NCBI GenBank assembly: GCA_963716765.1
Contig: CAVQUO010000018.1
Coordinates: 59,951-123,950, forward strand
Source: an uncultured Bacteroidota bacterium
GTDB lineage: Bacteria; Bacteroidota; Bacteroidia; Bacteroidales; GCA-2748055
DNA: 64,000 bases
Reading direction: 5' to 3'
Under the pieces are notes generated by a model that was not told where the DNA came from, made no database searches, and saw only the letters and a program-made list of their open reading frames with translations. Below are positions 24,860 through 35,413 of this stretch, one piece after another. Numbering within the stretch: the first letter of the stretch is position 1; each line of letters opens with the position of its first letter. The position numbers and the translations under genes are program-made.

Positions 24860-24899
24860 AGAAGCCGTCTCATCAGCATAAGTGAGACGGCTTTTTTCT
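24860..24899 (+). terminator. Intrinsic terminator
   Basis: AAGCCGTCTCA-loop-TGAGACGGCTT followed by a T run. Confidence 0.85.
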
Positions 24900-24939
24900 G
24901 ACTGGCCGTCAAATGTTGACAATTCAGTACGGTCAGCTC

Positions 24940-24969
24940 AATATAATTATAAATATAGTTATACATTTG
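24940..24969 (+). promoter_or_regulatory. Putative BlaI operator next to a TACATTTG -7 promoter element
   Basis: AATATAATTATAAATATAGTT (24940-24960) is identical to 26275-26295 upstream of blaI. Confidence 0.7.
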
Positions 24970-24996
24970 CAGCGGAATTTAAACGAAACAGCGAAG

Positions 24997-26265
24997 TTGG
25001 AATATTTGAAACGTAACAGTTACAGGGTCTCCCTTTTTCTTTTTTCAGCAGTCGGACTCATCGCCATGATGGTCCTTTTTGCCAGGGGCATGAAGGGTGT
25101 TGAGCCAACTCGCATAGGGGTGGTCAATTGAAGAAGAGGCGATCGATGTTATTGGTAATCGTCAGCTTATGCCCTTCCCGCTTTTCCACCATTAAGGGAT
25201 TTTGTTTCCTATCATGGATCAGGAGCTTGACAGCAGTCAGACCGTGGGTGCTGCATATACTTTTGTTCGCTCAGGAAAAGTTGAATATGCAAGTACTTTT
25301 GGGGAGCGAAAAAGGGGGAGTGGACAGGCAGGTTGATGCGCATACCATTTTCAGGCTGGCATCAGTTTCCAAGGGATTTGCCGGTGCACTGGCCTGCATG
25401 CTTGAACAGGAGGGTGTCATTTCACTGGATGATCGGGTGGCTGGACCTCTATCCAGGTTTTCGACTGAAGGATTCACTGAGTACAGAGGAGATGACCATC
25501 AAACACCTTCTGAGTCATACCACAGGTCTGGTCCCCTATGCATTTGATAACCTGGTGGAAGCAGACATAGAACTGCCAGATATCATTGCCCGACTTAATG
25601 AGGTGGATATTTCGGCCCCTCCAGGAGACCCTTTATGGTTATCAGAATGTAATGTTCAGCATGTGGGATCCCATTGTAAGGAGGGCCACCGGAACACCAT
25701 ACGAGGTACTGGTGGATGAGATGATTTTTAAGCCTCTGGGTATGAAGGATGCTTCCGTGGGGTTGATGCTGGACACTTCCAATTTAAATATGGCCTATCC
25801 CGCACGTGCAGGGACGGGGCGGCTACATTGCTCTCAAACCTCATCAGGGTTACTACAATGTACTGCCCGCAGCCGGGGTGAATGCAAGTATTTCCGATAT
25901 GGGGCAGTGGCTGCTGGCTCTGCTTGGGTATCAGGAATCTGTTTTTCCGGATACCATCAGTAAGATACTTGCCGAGCCACTGATTTATACTCCTCTCAAA
26001 TACAGGTATACCCGCAACTGGCAGTCTTTTAAGGGACGCTACTACAGTCTGGGATGGAGGATTTATCAGTACCGCGGCAGGAAAATCGTATATCACGGGG
26101 GTTATATTCGCGGATACAGGGCGGAAATAGCTTTCTGTCCTGCCGAGGATGTGGGGATCGCATTTTATACAAAACTCGCCCAATAATCTGGCCTCGAAAG
26201 TAGTTCCTCAATTTTTCGACCTTTATTTTGATCACCAGGAGAATCTTTTGGGAGCCAAAAACTAA
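24997..26265 (+). CDS. Serine hydrolase, beta-lactamase class C/PBP-like family (frameshifted; start uncertain)
   Basis: FRLASVSK (SxxK), LLSHTTG, YQN (YxN), YHGG. Confidence 0.85.
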
Positions 26266-26274
26266 AATAATAAG

Positions 26275-26324
26275 AATATAATTATAAATATAGTTGTATT
26301 ACTATTAAAATAGTTATATGTTTG
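26275..26324 (+). promoter_or_regulatory. Tandem putative BlaI operators and -7 promoter element
   Basis: AATTA-N6-TAGTT and TACTA-N6-TAGTT quasi-palindromes, then TATGTTTG. Confidence 0.65.
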
Positions 26325-26328
26325 CTTT

Positions 26329-26711
26329 ATGAAGGAGTTGACAAAGGCTGAACAACAGGTAATGCATCACATCTGGGAGTTGAAGAAGAGTTTCCTGAAG
26401 GATATTGTGGAAGCATTTCCGGAACCTCGACCCGCCTATACCACCATTTCAACGGTAATCAGGGTCCTGGTAAAGAAGGGTTTTGTGGGATACAATACCT
26501 ATGGAAAGATCCATGAATATTTCGCTAAGATCTCCAGACAGTCCTATTTCAGAACTCATGTAAAATCTTTAATTAACAATCATTTTGACGGATCGGTGGT
26601 CAGTTTTGCTTCATTTTTTACCGGTGATGAGGCACGTTGACCTGGACGAATTGGAGGAGATTAAACAACTCATAGATCAGAAAATTGAAGCGCTGAAAGG
26701 GGACCAGATAA
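26329..26711 (+). CDS. blaI: BlaI/MecI/CopY family repressor (frameshifted)
   Basis: MKELTKAEQQVM..IW, PAYTTISTVIRVLVKKGFV, FDGS. Confidence 0.92.
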
Positions 26712-28060
26712 TGGCTTATTCAGAATATATGCTAAAGGTCAACCTGGCTATTATTTATAGCCTGGTTACTCTACCGGATCGCTTTCAGACAATTAACCTT
26801 CTTTCGATGGAACCGCTTTTACCTTTTGGGTTCTGTTGTACTCTCTTTTATTCTGCCGCTGCTGAAGCTTCCCCGGGGAAGCATGCAGCTTGTGACAGAT
26901 TTGAGTGGAATTGATTGGGAATATGTGGATCAGCTGGTTCAGTCACCGGCCCCATGTTGTTCCCCAGGCCGACGGGATTTCCTTCGCCGTTCCATGATCC
27001 TGATTTTCTACCTTAGCGGTGCATGATCCTGATGTTGGCTTTATATGTCCAGGCGCTTCCTTAAAATATGGAAGCTGACCAGGTCTGCCCAGACTTATCA
27101 GTAAGGAAAAGGTGAAGGTGTTTGTACAGGACAGGAAGAGCGGATCATTCACCCTGTTTCAGGAGCATTTACCTGGACCGGCATGCATTACGAAAATCAG
27201 CTTGGGCATGTGCTCAGGCATGAGATGGTACATGCATCTCAAATTCACTCTTTCGATCTCATCGTTTTGGCAATTGTTGGTGTTTTATTGTGGTTCAACC
27301 CCTTTGTCCTTCTTCTGTTGCGATCGGTCAGGGAAAATCATGAATACCTGGCTGATGATCAGGCCCGAAGTGAACCAGGAGCTCTTGCAGGCTACCTGGC
27401 TTGTCTCAGGGATGAAACCATCCGTCGATATTCTCCTGCGGTCGCGAGCTACTTTAAAAGTTCAACCATTAAAAAACGAATTATCATGCTAACAAATCAT
27501 CATACTAAAAGTCAGAGGAGATGGAGGTATTTTGCCATTCTTCCCTGTTATCGGGTTGTTGTTGGTTGCTTTTCAGGCCCCGGCGGACCCTGCAATTCAT
27601 TCGCCCGTAAAAATGCTGAATGCTAAACCCGGAGTTTTCGAGTTTAATCCTTCGGATGAGATTCCCTCTCTATTTCCCGCTTCCTGAATCAGTTTAGGGA
27701 AAGGATCACCTGGGGCTATGATTTAAAGGCGATAAATCCCATCTACCAAAAAGGAGACGGTTCACGAGGGACTGGATATCGCTGCCCCCCAGGGGACTCC
27801 TGTTTATGCTGCTGCCAGCGGAGTTGTTAAAAAAGCTGAGCTGCTGGATGGTTGGGGAAATCTCCTGGTAATTGAACACAATGAGGGTTATTCAAGTTTC
27901 TATGCCCACCTGGAAGGTTTCAGTGTAAAAGCCGGGGATAGGGTGAAGAAAGGGGCTGTTGTGGCCACCGTCGGCAGCACGGGTCGGTCCACTGGACCCC
28001 ACCTGCATTACGAGGTAAGAAAAGAAGGCGACCCACATGAATCCTGAGGATTATTATTAA
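26711..28060 (+). CDS. BlaR1-like M56 peptidase fused to a C-terminal M23 peptidase (multiple frameshifts)
   Basis: HEMVH, WFNPF, HEYLAD, KKRIIML (M56); HEGLDIAAP, YAHL, STGPHLHYEV (M23). Confidence 0.88.
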
Positions 28061-28135
28061 TTCCTGTAAACCCTAAGTTGTTTTGGTTGTTATATTCACG
28101 TAAATTCGTGAATTATAATATAAAACTCAAGCAGA

Positions 28136-29530
28136 ATGAACTTTGATCTGATCGTTATTGGCAGTGGCCCCGGGGGTTACGTAGCAGCTATCCGTGCTTC
28201 TCAGCTTGGATTAAAAACAGCAGTAGTTGAACGTGAATCCCTTGGGGGTATTTGCCTGAACTGGGGCTGCATCCCCACAAAATCTCTGTTAAAGAGTGCC
28301 CAGGTATATGAATACTTCCTGCATGCTGCCGATTATGGAATAAAGATCGATGGATCGGTTAGACCCGATTTTGAAAAGGTGGTAGGTCGCAGCCGAACTG
28401 TAGCCGATGGTATGAGTAAAGGAATCCAGTTTCTTTTCAAAAAGAACAATATTGAGGTGATCAGCGGAACCGGGAAACTGAAGTCTCCTGGTGTTGTGAC
28501 AGTCACCGATGAAGATGGCAAGCAAACTGAAGTTAAAGCTGCTCATATTATTCTTGCCACAGGTGCACGGTCAAAGGAACTTCCAAACCTGAAACAGGAC
28601 GGGAAAAAGATCATCGGTTACCGCGCAGGCCATGACCCTCCCAAAATTACCGAAATCGATGGTGGTTGTGGGTTCAGGTGCAATTGGAAGCGAATTTGCC
28701 AATTTCTACAACACCATGGGCACCAGAGGTAACCCTGGTGGAATTTCTGCCCAACGTTGTTCCCCTGGAGGATGAAGAGGTTTCCAAGCAGCTTGAACGC
28801 TCCTTTAAGAAAGGCAAAGATGAAAGTGATGACTTCTTCTTCGGTTGAATCGGTGGATACTTCAGGCAAACTTTGTAAAGTGACCATTAAAACCCCTAAA
28901 GGGAGAAGAAGTCGTGGAGGCTGAAATAGTGCTTTCGGCAGTGGGAGTTGCTCCCAATGTGGAGAACCTGGGCCTGGAGGAACTGGAGATTGAGATGGAT
29001 AAGGGAAAGGTGAAGGTGGACGACTATTACCGACCAATGTGAAAGGTGTTTATGCCATTGGCGATATTGTGGGTGGACCGGCACTGGCTCACGTGGCTTC
29101 TGCTGAAGGAATTACCTGCGTGGAGAAAATTGCCGGACACCATCCCCAGCCGGTTGACTATGGCAATATTCCAGGATGTACCTATACCAGTCCCGAGGTT
29201 GCCTCGGTGGGAATGACAGAGAAGGCTGCAAAAGAGGCTGGCTATGAACTAAAAGTCGGGAAGTTTCCCTTTACTGCCTCGGGCAAGGCCTCAGCTGCCG
29301 GAGCCAAGGATGGCTTTGTAAAGCTCATTTTTGATGCCAAATATGGTGAATTACTGGGTGCACATATGATTGGGGCCAATGTAACTGAGATGATTGCAGA
29401 ACTGGTTGTGGCCAGGAAACTGGAAACCACCGGGGAAGAGATCATCAAGGCGATCCACCCGCATCCCACCATGTCGGAAGCTATAATGGAAGCCGCTGCA
29501 GCCGCTTATGGGGAGGTAATTCACATTTAA
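28136..29530 (+). CDS. lpdA: Dihydrolipoamide dehydrogenase (frameshifted)
   Basis: GSGPGGYVAA, GGICLNWGCIPTK, HPHPTMSE. Confidence 0.97.
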
Positions 29531-29552
29531 TAGCCACAGGCTATTAAATGGG

Positions 29553-29626
29553 AGTCTATAAAGCTTAAAGTCTATAAAGCTTAAAGTCTATAAAGCTTAA
29601 AGTCCATAAAGTCGAAAGTCTATAAA
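29553..29626 (+). repeat. 16-bp tandem repeat AGTCTATAAAGCTTAA (three copies plus degenerate copies)
   Basis: Directly visible downstream of the lpdA stop. Confidence 0.9.
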
Positions 29627-29629
29627 GAG

Positions 29630-29668
29630 GAGAGCCGCTTGCTAATGTGAACGGCTCTCTTATTTTTT
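29630..29668. terminator. Terminator between lpdA and serpin 1
   Basis: GAGAGCCG...CGGCTCTC hairpin followed by a T-rich run. Confidence 0.75.
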
Positions 29669-29718
29669 GCGCATGCCCTATGCGCTAAGCCCTGTGTGCT
29701 ATGCCTGTGTACTATGCA
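29669..29718 (-). repeat. Degenerate heptamer tract (GCATAG/ACACAG type) after the serpin 1 stop
   Basis: Minus strand reads gtgcatagtacacaggcatagcacacagggcttagcgcatagggcatgcgc. Confidence 0.6.
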
Positions 29719-30939
29719 CTAGTACGACGGTTCTGAGACCTTGCCCATGAAGAGGATGGATTTGCTGGATTTTTCAGTAATGGCAAAAAGGAAGGGGCGG
29801 TCGAAGCGAAGAATGGTGCCTGGACCGGCCGAGGTCAAGTCCATGGTGACCGCTGTAACGGCAGCGGCTTCTGTTCCTTCTTCATTAACTTTAATATAGG
29901 TTTTGTGGATCACGTCCGAAATAAGAAGGTCGATTTCGCTGATTCCTGAGAAATCTGCTTCTCCGGTAAAGGCCACATCCAGTCCCATGGCTTTCAGGTC
30001 CTCCTTAAGGGAGCGATCAAACTCAAACTCGAACCTGGGAAGTTCAATGTTGTAGTCTCTGACTTCACTGAACTTGTTCAACCAGCCGTTCCAGGTAGGC
30101 CCGTCAAGCTCTTCCGCCAGTTCATTAACAGTGGTGCCTTCATCGGGGAGGAAGAGGTACATGCTGAATTTTTTGTTTTTATAGGGTAATTCCACTGCCC
30201 TGAAATTGTCAGAATAGGCGACCCTGAAGTTGCTTTCCAGTTTCATCATATCCACCATCCCGAATTTCGTTCCGTTTTCATTGTAGAAGGGGGCGTCATA
30301 AGTATCCTTTGGGTCAAACTCCACGTCCCAGAGGCAATTAAAATAGATGGCATTGATGAGGATCATCATGGTGGAAGGGTCGATATGGTCGATTATTTCG
30401 TCGATCTTACCATGGGTTTTATTGCTGACCCAATGGTTTATGGTACTAAGCGCACTGGCCTTGCTAAAGTCGAGCTCATCAACCAGTGCGTCATAATAGT
30501 TTGAATTGAGGTCGATGAATTCCTGCTTTACAGGGAACCCTTTGTTGCTCCAAATGGAATTAGCGATTTCCAGGAGGTTGCCCTTTGAATTGGTAAGCAG
30601 GACTCCAATCAGCTCTTTGGTGATCTCATTCACTTCTTCCCGTGTTAATCCCTGGTAATTAAGAACCTCCTCGAAGGCTTCCATGGTGGTGCCTTCTGCG
30701 CCATTGTAAGTCATGCCCAGTGCAATGCTTACCGAAGCCGGGGAAATCATGATGTTGGGCGTATTTTCTGCCGCAAAAACGGTAAGCAGGAGTTCGAGCC
30801 CAAAGTTATTATTGGTCTCGATCACTTTGGCCGATTTGAGGTTGTAATCGAATACGGGATCATCGATCTCCTGACTACATGAAAGGGCGGATAAGATGGA
30901 AATGAAGATGAAGGTTGGAAGGAAGAGTTTGGGTTTCAT
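29719..30939 (-). CDS. Serpin (I4) lipoprotein, copy 1
   Basis: Lipobox ALSC, NIMISPAS, INAIYF, hinge EEGTEAAAVT, FDRPFLFAI. Confidence 0.96.
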   Translation of the reverse strand: MKPKLFLPTFIFISILSALSCSQEIDDPVFDYNLKSAKVIETNNNFGLELLLTVFAAENTPNIMISPASVSIALGMTYNGAEGTTMEAFEEVLNYQGLTREEVNEITKELIGVLLTNSKGNLLEIANSIWSNKGFPVKQEFIDLNSNYYDALVDELDFSKASALSTINHWVSNKTHGKIDEIIDHIDPSTMMILINAIYFNCLWDVEFDPKDTYDAPFYNENGTKFGMVDMMKLESNFRVAYSDNFRAVELPYKNKKFSMYLFLPDEGTTVNELAEELDGPTWNGWLNKFSEVRDYNIELPRFEFEFDRSLKEDLKAMGLDVAFTGEADFSGISEIDLLISDVIHKTYIKVNEEGTEAAAVTAVTMDLTSAGPGTILRFDRPFLFAITEKSSKSILFMGKVSEPSY

Positions 30940-30958
30940 GAGAGTTCTTTTTTTAGAA

Positions 30959-30985
30959 AGACGACGGAAGGGGAATGAGGGTTGC
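30959..30985 (-). promoter_or_regulatory. Putative ECF sigma promoter for serpin 1
   Basis: GCAACC-N16-CGTCT on the minus strand about 20 nt upstream of the ATG. Confidence 0.65.
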
Positions 30986-31092
30986 GCTCCCACTCTATTA
31001 TTTGCACGCTTTTATAAAAGGAGGAAACTTGATAGGCAGTACGCATCCAATAATTAGGAGGCCGGCTTTATGGTATGTAGATTCCTGCTCTC

Positions 31093-32310
31093 TTAATATA
31101 TGGGTTGAGAAACTTTTCCAATGAAGAGGATCGATTTGCTCGAGTTTTCGGTGATGGCAAAGAGGAAGGGCCTGTCGAAGCGCAGTACTATAACGGGTCC
31201 TCCGGCGCTGCCATCCATGGTGACTGCTGTGACAGCAGCGGCCTCGGTACCTTCCTCGTTTACTTTTATATATGTTTTGTGGATCACCTCAGAGATGAGC
31301 AGCTCTTTTTCGCTGATTCCTGAGAAATCGGCTTCACCTGAAAAAGCCACATTCAGGCCCATGGCTTTCAGGTCCTCTTTAAGGGAGCGATCGAACTCAA
31401 ATTCAAACCTGGGTAATTCGACGGTATAGCCGACCTCAGTGAAACTCTCCATCCAGACTTTCCAGGTCTCTCCGTCAAGCTCCTGTACCAGTTCATTAAC
31501 CGTGGTGCCTTCATCGGGGAGGAAGAGGAACATGCTGAATTTCTTATTCTTATAGGGTAATTCCACTGCCCTGAAGTTGTGGGAGTATGCCGCTTTGAAA
31601 GACCTTTTAAGCTTCATCATATCCACCTGCCCGAATTTCGAACCGTTTTCATTATAGAAGGAGGTGCTGCGTGTATCCTTTGGATCAAATTCCTCGTCCC
31701 ATAGGCAGTTAAAATAGATAGCATTGATGAGGATCATCATGGCGGAAGGATTTATATGCTCAATGATCTCATCGATTTTGCCATGGGTTTTATTGCTGAC
31801 CCACTCATTAATGGTGCTTAGTGCTGAGGCCTTGCTAAAATCGAGCTCACTCACCCGGGCACCGAAGTAATTTGAGTTGAGGTCGATGAACTCCTGTTTT
31901 ACAGGGAAGCCTTTGTTATTCCAGATGGAGTTTGCGATCTCCAGGAGATTGCCATTGGTATTGCTTAGCAGTACCCCAATTAACTCCCTGGTGATTTCGT
32001 TCACCTCTTCCCGGCTTAATCCCTGGTAGTTGAGCACCTGCTCAAATGCATCCCTGGTAGTGGTTTCAGCACCATTGTAAGTCATGCCCAGCGCAATACT
32101 TACTGAGGCCGGGGAGATCATGATGTTGGGTTTTTCCTCTGCTTCAAAAACGGTTTTGAGGAGTTCGAGCCCAAAGTTATTATTGGTCTCAATCACTTTG
32201 GCCGATTTAAGATTGTAATCGAATACGGGATCATCGATTTCCTGATTACATGAGTGGGCGGATAAGATCGATATGAGGGTAAAGATTGGTAGGAAGAGTT
32301 TTGGCTTCAT
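31093..32310 (-). CDS. Serpin (I4) lipoprotein, copy 2
   Basis: Close paralog of copy 1 with the same motifs. Confidence 0.96.
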   Translation of the reverse strand: MKPKLFLPIFTLISILSAHSCNQEIDDPVFDYNLKSAKVIETNNNFGLELLKTVFEAEEKPNIMISPASVSIALGMTYNGAETTTRDAFEQVLNYQGLSREEVNEITRELIGVLLSNTNGNLLEIANSIWNNKGFPVKQEFIDLNSNYFGARVSELDFSKASALSTINEWVSNKTHGKIDEIIEHINPSAMMILINAIYFNCLWDEEFDPKDTRSTSFYNENGSKFGQVDMMKLKRSFKAAYSHNFRAVELPYKNKKFSMFLFLPDEGTTVNELVQELDGETWKVWMESFTEVGYTVELPRFEFEFDRSLKEDLKAMGLNVAFSGEADFSGISEKELLISEVIHKTYIKVNEEGTEAAAVTAVTMDGSAGGPVIVLRFDRPFLFAITENSSKSILFIGKVSQPIY

Positions 32311-32453
32311 GTAAGTGCTTTTTTTGCAAAGACAACAAATGTACTAATTCTTATTCACGCAACCTTTTAGATCGTCCCTCCATCCTGTTGATGAATTCCA
32401 AGGATGTGATATCCTGCCAATTTGCATAAATTTGTCAAAGGAGGAAAACTTAA

Positions 32454-33002
32454 TTGGCAGTAGAGCTGGATATATTATTAGAGGGTTGTAGGCGGGGAAA
32501 ACCGAAGAGTCAGGAGGCTCTATATAAACGGTTCGCAGCCGCAATGTATGGGATTTGCCTGCAGTATGCCTCCAGCGAAGAGGATGCACAGGATATCATG
32601 CAGGAGGGATTCGTGAAGGTGTTCAGGAAGCTTAACCAGGTGAAAAATCCCTCTGCTTTCCCTGGATGGATTCGCAGGGTGATGGTCAATACAGCCCTGG
32701 AGAAATACAGGAGCCAGGTTCATCTTCAGCGAATCGATGATGTGAAGGAGGAGGCCGATAAGGAGATGGAAGATGGGATCTTTGAAAATCTGACCTGCCA
32801 GGAACTGGTTGCCCTGATTCAGACCCTGACTCCCCAGTACCGTTTGGTTTTCAACCTATATGCCATAGAGGGTTTCAGCCACAAGGAGATCAGCGAGGAG
32901 CTGGGCATATCTGTGGGCACTTCCAAATCGAACCTCTCACGGGCAAGGGCCATTTTGCAGGAAAAGATTAAGAATATTTATGGTACAGTAATAACGAGAT
33001 GA
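32454..33002 (+). CDS. ECF RNA polymerase sigma factor
   Basis: DAQDIMQEGF, GWIRRVMVN, VFNLYAIEGFSHKEI, GTSKSNLSRAR. Confidence 0.95.
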   Translation: MAVELDILLEGCRRGKPKSQEALYKRFAAAMYGICLQYASSEEDAQDIMQEGFVKVFRKLNQVKNPSAFPGWIRRVMVNTALEKYRSQVHLQRIDDVKEEADKEMEDGIFENLTCQELVALIQTLTPQYRLVFNLYAIEGFSHKEISEELGISVGTSKSNLSRARAILQEKIKNIYGTVITR

Positions 33003-34401
33003 ATAAGAATATTAATAGCGGCAAGGGATTTTTAAAGGATAAAATGGCTGCATACCAGGCCTGATCCTCCGCCGGAGGTGTGGGAGTCAGGTTGCTGCCA
33101 GTCTAAGGGGCCGAAGCAGGGGGCGCAAGATCATGATTATCCTTTCAGCCGCTGCCTCTCTTGCACTGGCCATTACCCTTGGGATCACCTGGTCCGGCAG
33201 AGATATGCCACAGGATGGTGAACTGGCCACCTCCTCCCAATCGGAGAGTGTGCTGCAAAGGAATGACGAACTGCAAAGGAATGACCAGGCTCCTCCTGTA
33301 ATTCACAGAAAGGAAAAGCTTGAGGAGCAAATTGTTGAGGTTTTGGCTGAGATTGCCTGCGGACCTGATCTGAGCCTGGAAAGGCGGGATCCTGGCCTGA
33401 CAGCTGGAGGCTGGAAGCTAGGGACGCGGTAACAGAACCGTCTACTAAGTGAACGCGGATCTGTCACAGACCCTGGTCGTTTTGGAAAATCTGCCAGATG
33501 TTCAGGAAGGAACTCGTGGAAGAATCCGTGGTGCTTGATGAAAATCAAATTACCGAAGATCTTTCCCTGGACGACAATCCGGATGTTGGAGATGAAGTCG
33601 ATGATGGATCTTAATCAGGTGAAGGGCAAGGATCTCAGGTGGGTTTTGGGTGCAATGGTTTCACCTCTTTATAGTTTCCGGGATGCGCAGCCAGAAGCCC
33701 TTGCCGGGACATCTGATCAGGAATCCGGGACCATATCCTATGCTGCAGGGGTTCAAGGTGGGCTATAAGGCAACCCGCAGGCTTGCCATTGAGTCGGGCA
33801 TCCTCTTTAATAAAATGGGAATTTCAATAGGAGCACCAGGTATTCAGGTGTTTTCCAAGGACCTGGATTTTGCAGCCTGCGGGACCTGAATCAGCCGGGT
33901 CACGGGTTACTGGCAGTTACCAATACGGTGGGAAATATTGTATCCAATTCGGGCGAGATCTATGTAAATAATTATCTTTTGAATGCATCCAAGGATTACA
34001 ATAGTGTTGATGCTCCATTTCCAGAAGCGCTTTATGCCGACCAGGGAATCGATCAACATCTCGATTATCTGGAGCTACCCTTTAACCTTCGGTATAACGT
34101 CCTGGACCGGGACTTTAAGATTCAAGTGCTGGGAGGCATGAGTACCAACCTTCTGGTGAATAACTATGTTACCATGGAGTCGGGGGGTGAAAGCAAGGAA
34201 ATTGGTTATCTGTCCAATATTCGCAATGTGAACTACTCCGGAAATGCAGGCCTGGGTTTTGTATATCAATTTCTCGATCAGCTTAGCCTTAGCCTGGAAC
34301 CCAGGTTTCGATATTACCTGAATTCGGTCAATGATGCCACACTTCCATCCACCCGTCCATATACCTTCGGAATTTATACTGGAATAAACTACTTCTTTTA
34401 G
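32999..34401 (+). CDS. Putative anti-sigma factor with C-terminal outer-membrane beta-barrel (frameshifted)
   Basis: ATGA overlap with the sigma stop; PPPEVWE N-terminal motif, one TM helix, barrel motifs YLELPF and EPRFRYY, terminal YFF. Confidence 0.75.
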
Positions 34402-34450
34402 TCTGTCGGCCAGAACCAATTTCCTTTTTAATTGTTTATTTTTGTGGCTT

Positions 34451-35413
34451 ATGGATAGAAGAAAGAGGATCAGAAGGGGAATATATTTCACTTTTTTTGC
34501 CGGATTGGGAATTGCGGCTGTTTTTGTGGCCAAAAATGCTTATTCGGGAGGTAGTGAAAATGATCCTCCAACAAGGGGTAACAGGGATTCGTTTACAGTA
34601 TATGGTGTGGAGTTGCCAGGAAAGGTCAACTTTGCGGGAGAACCGGTGCCCCTTGATCTTTTCGATGTAAAAGAGTCTCTTGACCGGGAGTTGCTTTCAA
34701 ATACCTATTTTCATTCACAGACCATACGACTCATCAAGCTGGCAAATCGTTATTTCCCCGAGATTGAGCCTATTCTGAAACAAAACCTGGTCCCTGATGA
34801 TTTTAAATACCTGGCTGTGGCCGAGAGTGGACTAACACAGGCGGTATCACCAGCCAGTGCTGTGGGTTTCTGGCAACTGCTTAAAGGTACCGCACAGGAG
34901 AACGGGCTGGAGGTGGGGAAGGAAGTTGATGAGCGCTACCATGTTTCCAAATCCACCCAGGCTGCCTGTAAATATCTGATTTCATCTTATCAAAAATATG
35001 GAAACTGGACCATGACTGCCGCCTCATATAATGCAGGAAGAAGGGGCATGAATGAGCAAATCGAGCGACAAAAGAAGGAAAATTACTATGATCTTTTGCT
35101 GAACGAGGAGACCGCCAGGTATCTTTACAGGGTGCTTGCCCTGAAGCTGATTTTTGAAAATCCTTCAGCCTATGGTTTTCATATTCCTGAAAATGAACTC
35201 TATCCCGTGATTCCCTCCCATAAGGTAGTGGTGGATAGCACCGTGGCCAGCTTTGCTGACTTTGCCGGGGAATATGGAACAAATTATAAAATTTTGAAAT
35301 ACCTGAATCCATGGCTGCGGGATACCAAACTGACCATTACTGGGGGTAAATCTTATGAAATTGTCGTGCCTGAGAGAGGATATCGCCGCCCCGATGCCTG
35401 GGAGTTACCGTGA
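34451..35413 (+). CDS. Lytic transglycosylase, SLT/MltD-like
   Basis: YLAVAES, AVGFWQ, DERY, ASYNAG, ETARY, LNPWL. Confidence 0.92.
   Translation: MDRRKRIRRGIYFTFFAGLGIAAVFVAKNAYSGGSENDPPTRGNRDSFTVYGVELPGKVNFAGEPVPLDLFDVKESLDRELLSNTYFHSQTIRLIKLANRYFPEIEPILKQNLVPDDFKYLAVAESGLTQAVSPASAVGFWQLLKGTAQENGLEVGKEVDERYHVSKSTQAACKYLISSYQKYGNWTMTAASYNAGRRGMNEQIERQKKENYYDLLLNEETARYLYRVLALKLIFENPSAYGFHIPENELYPVIPSHKVVVDSTVASFADFAGEYGTNYKILKYLNPWLRDTKLTITGGKSYEIVVPERGYRRPDAWELP

Noticed and set aside
26585-26914. BlaI-M56 fusion (and likewise an HK1-HK2 fusion near 59913)
   Set aside because: Both junctions have an ATG overlapping a near-frame stop, so one indel error explains the read-through
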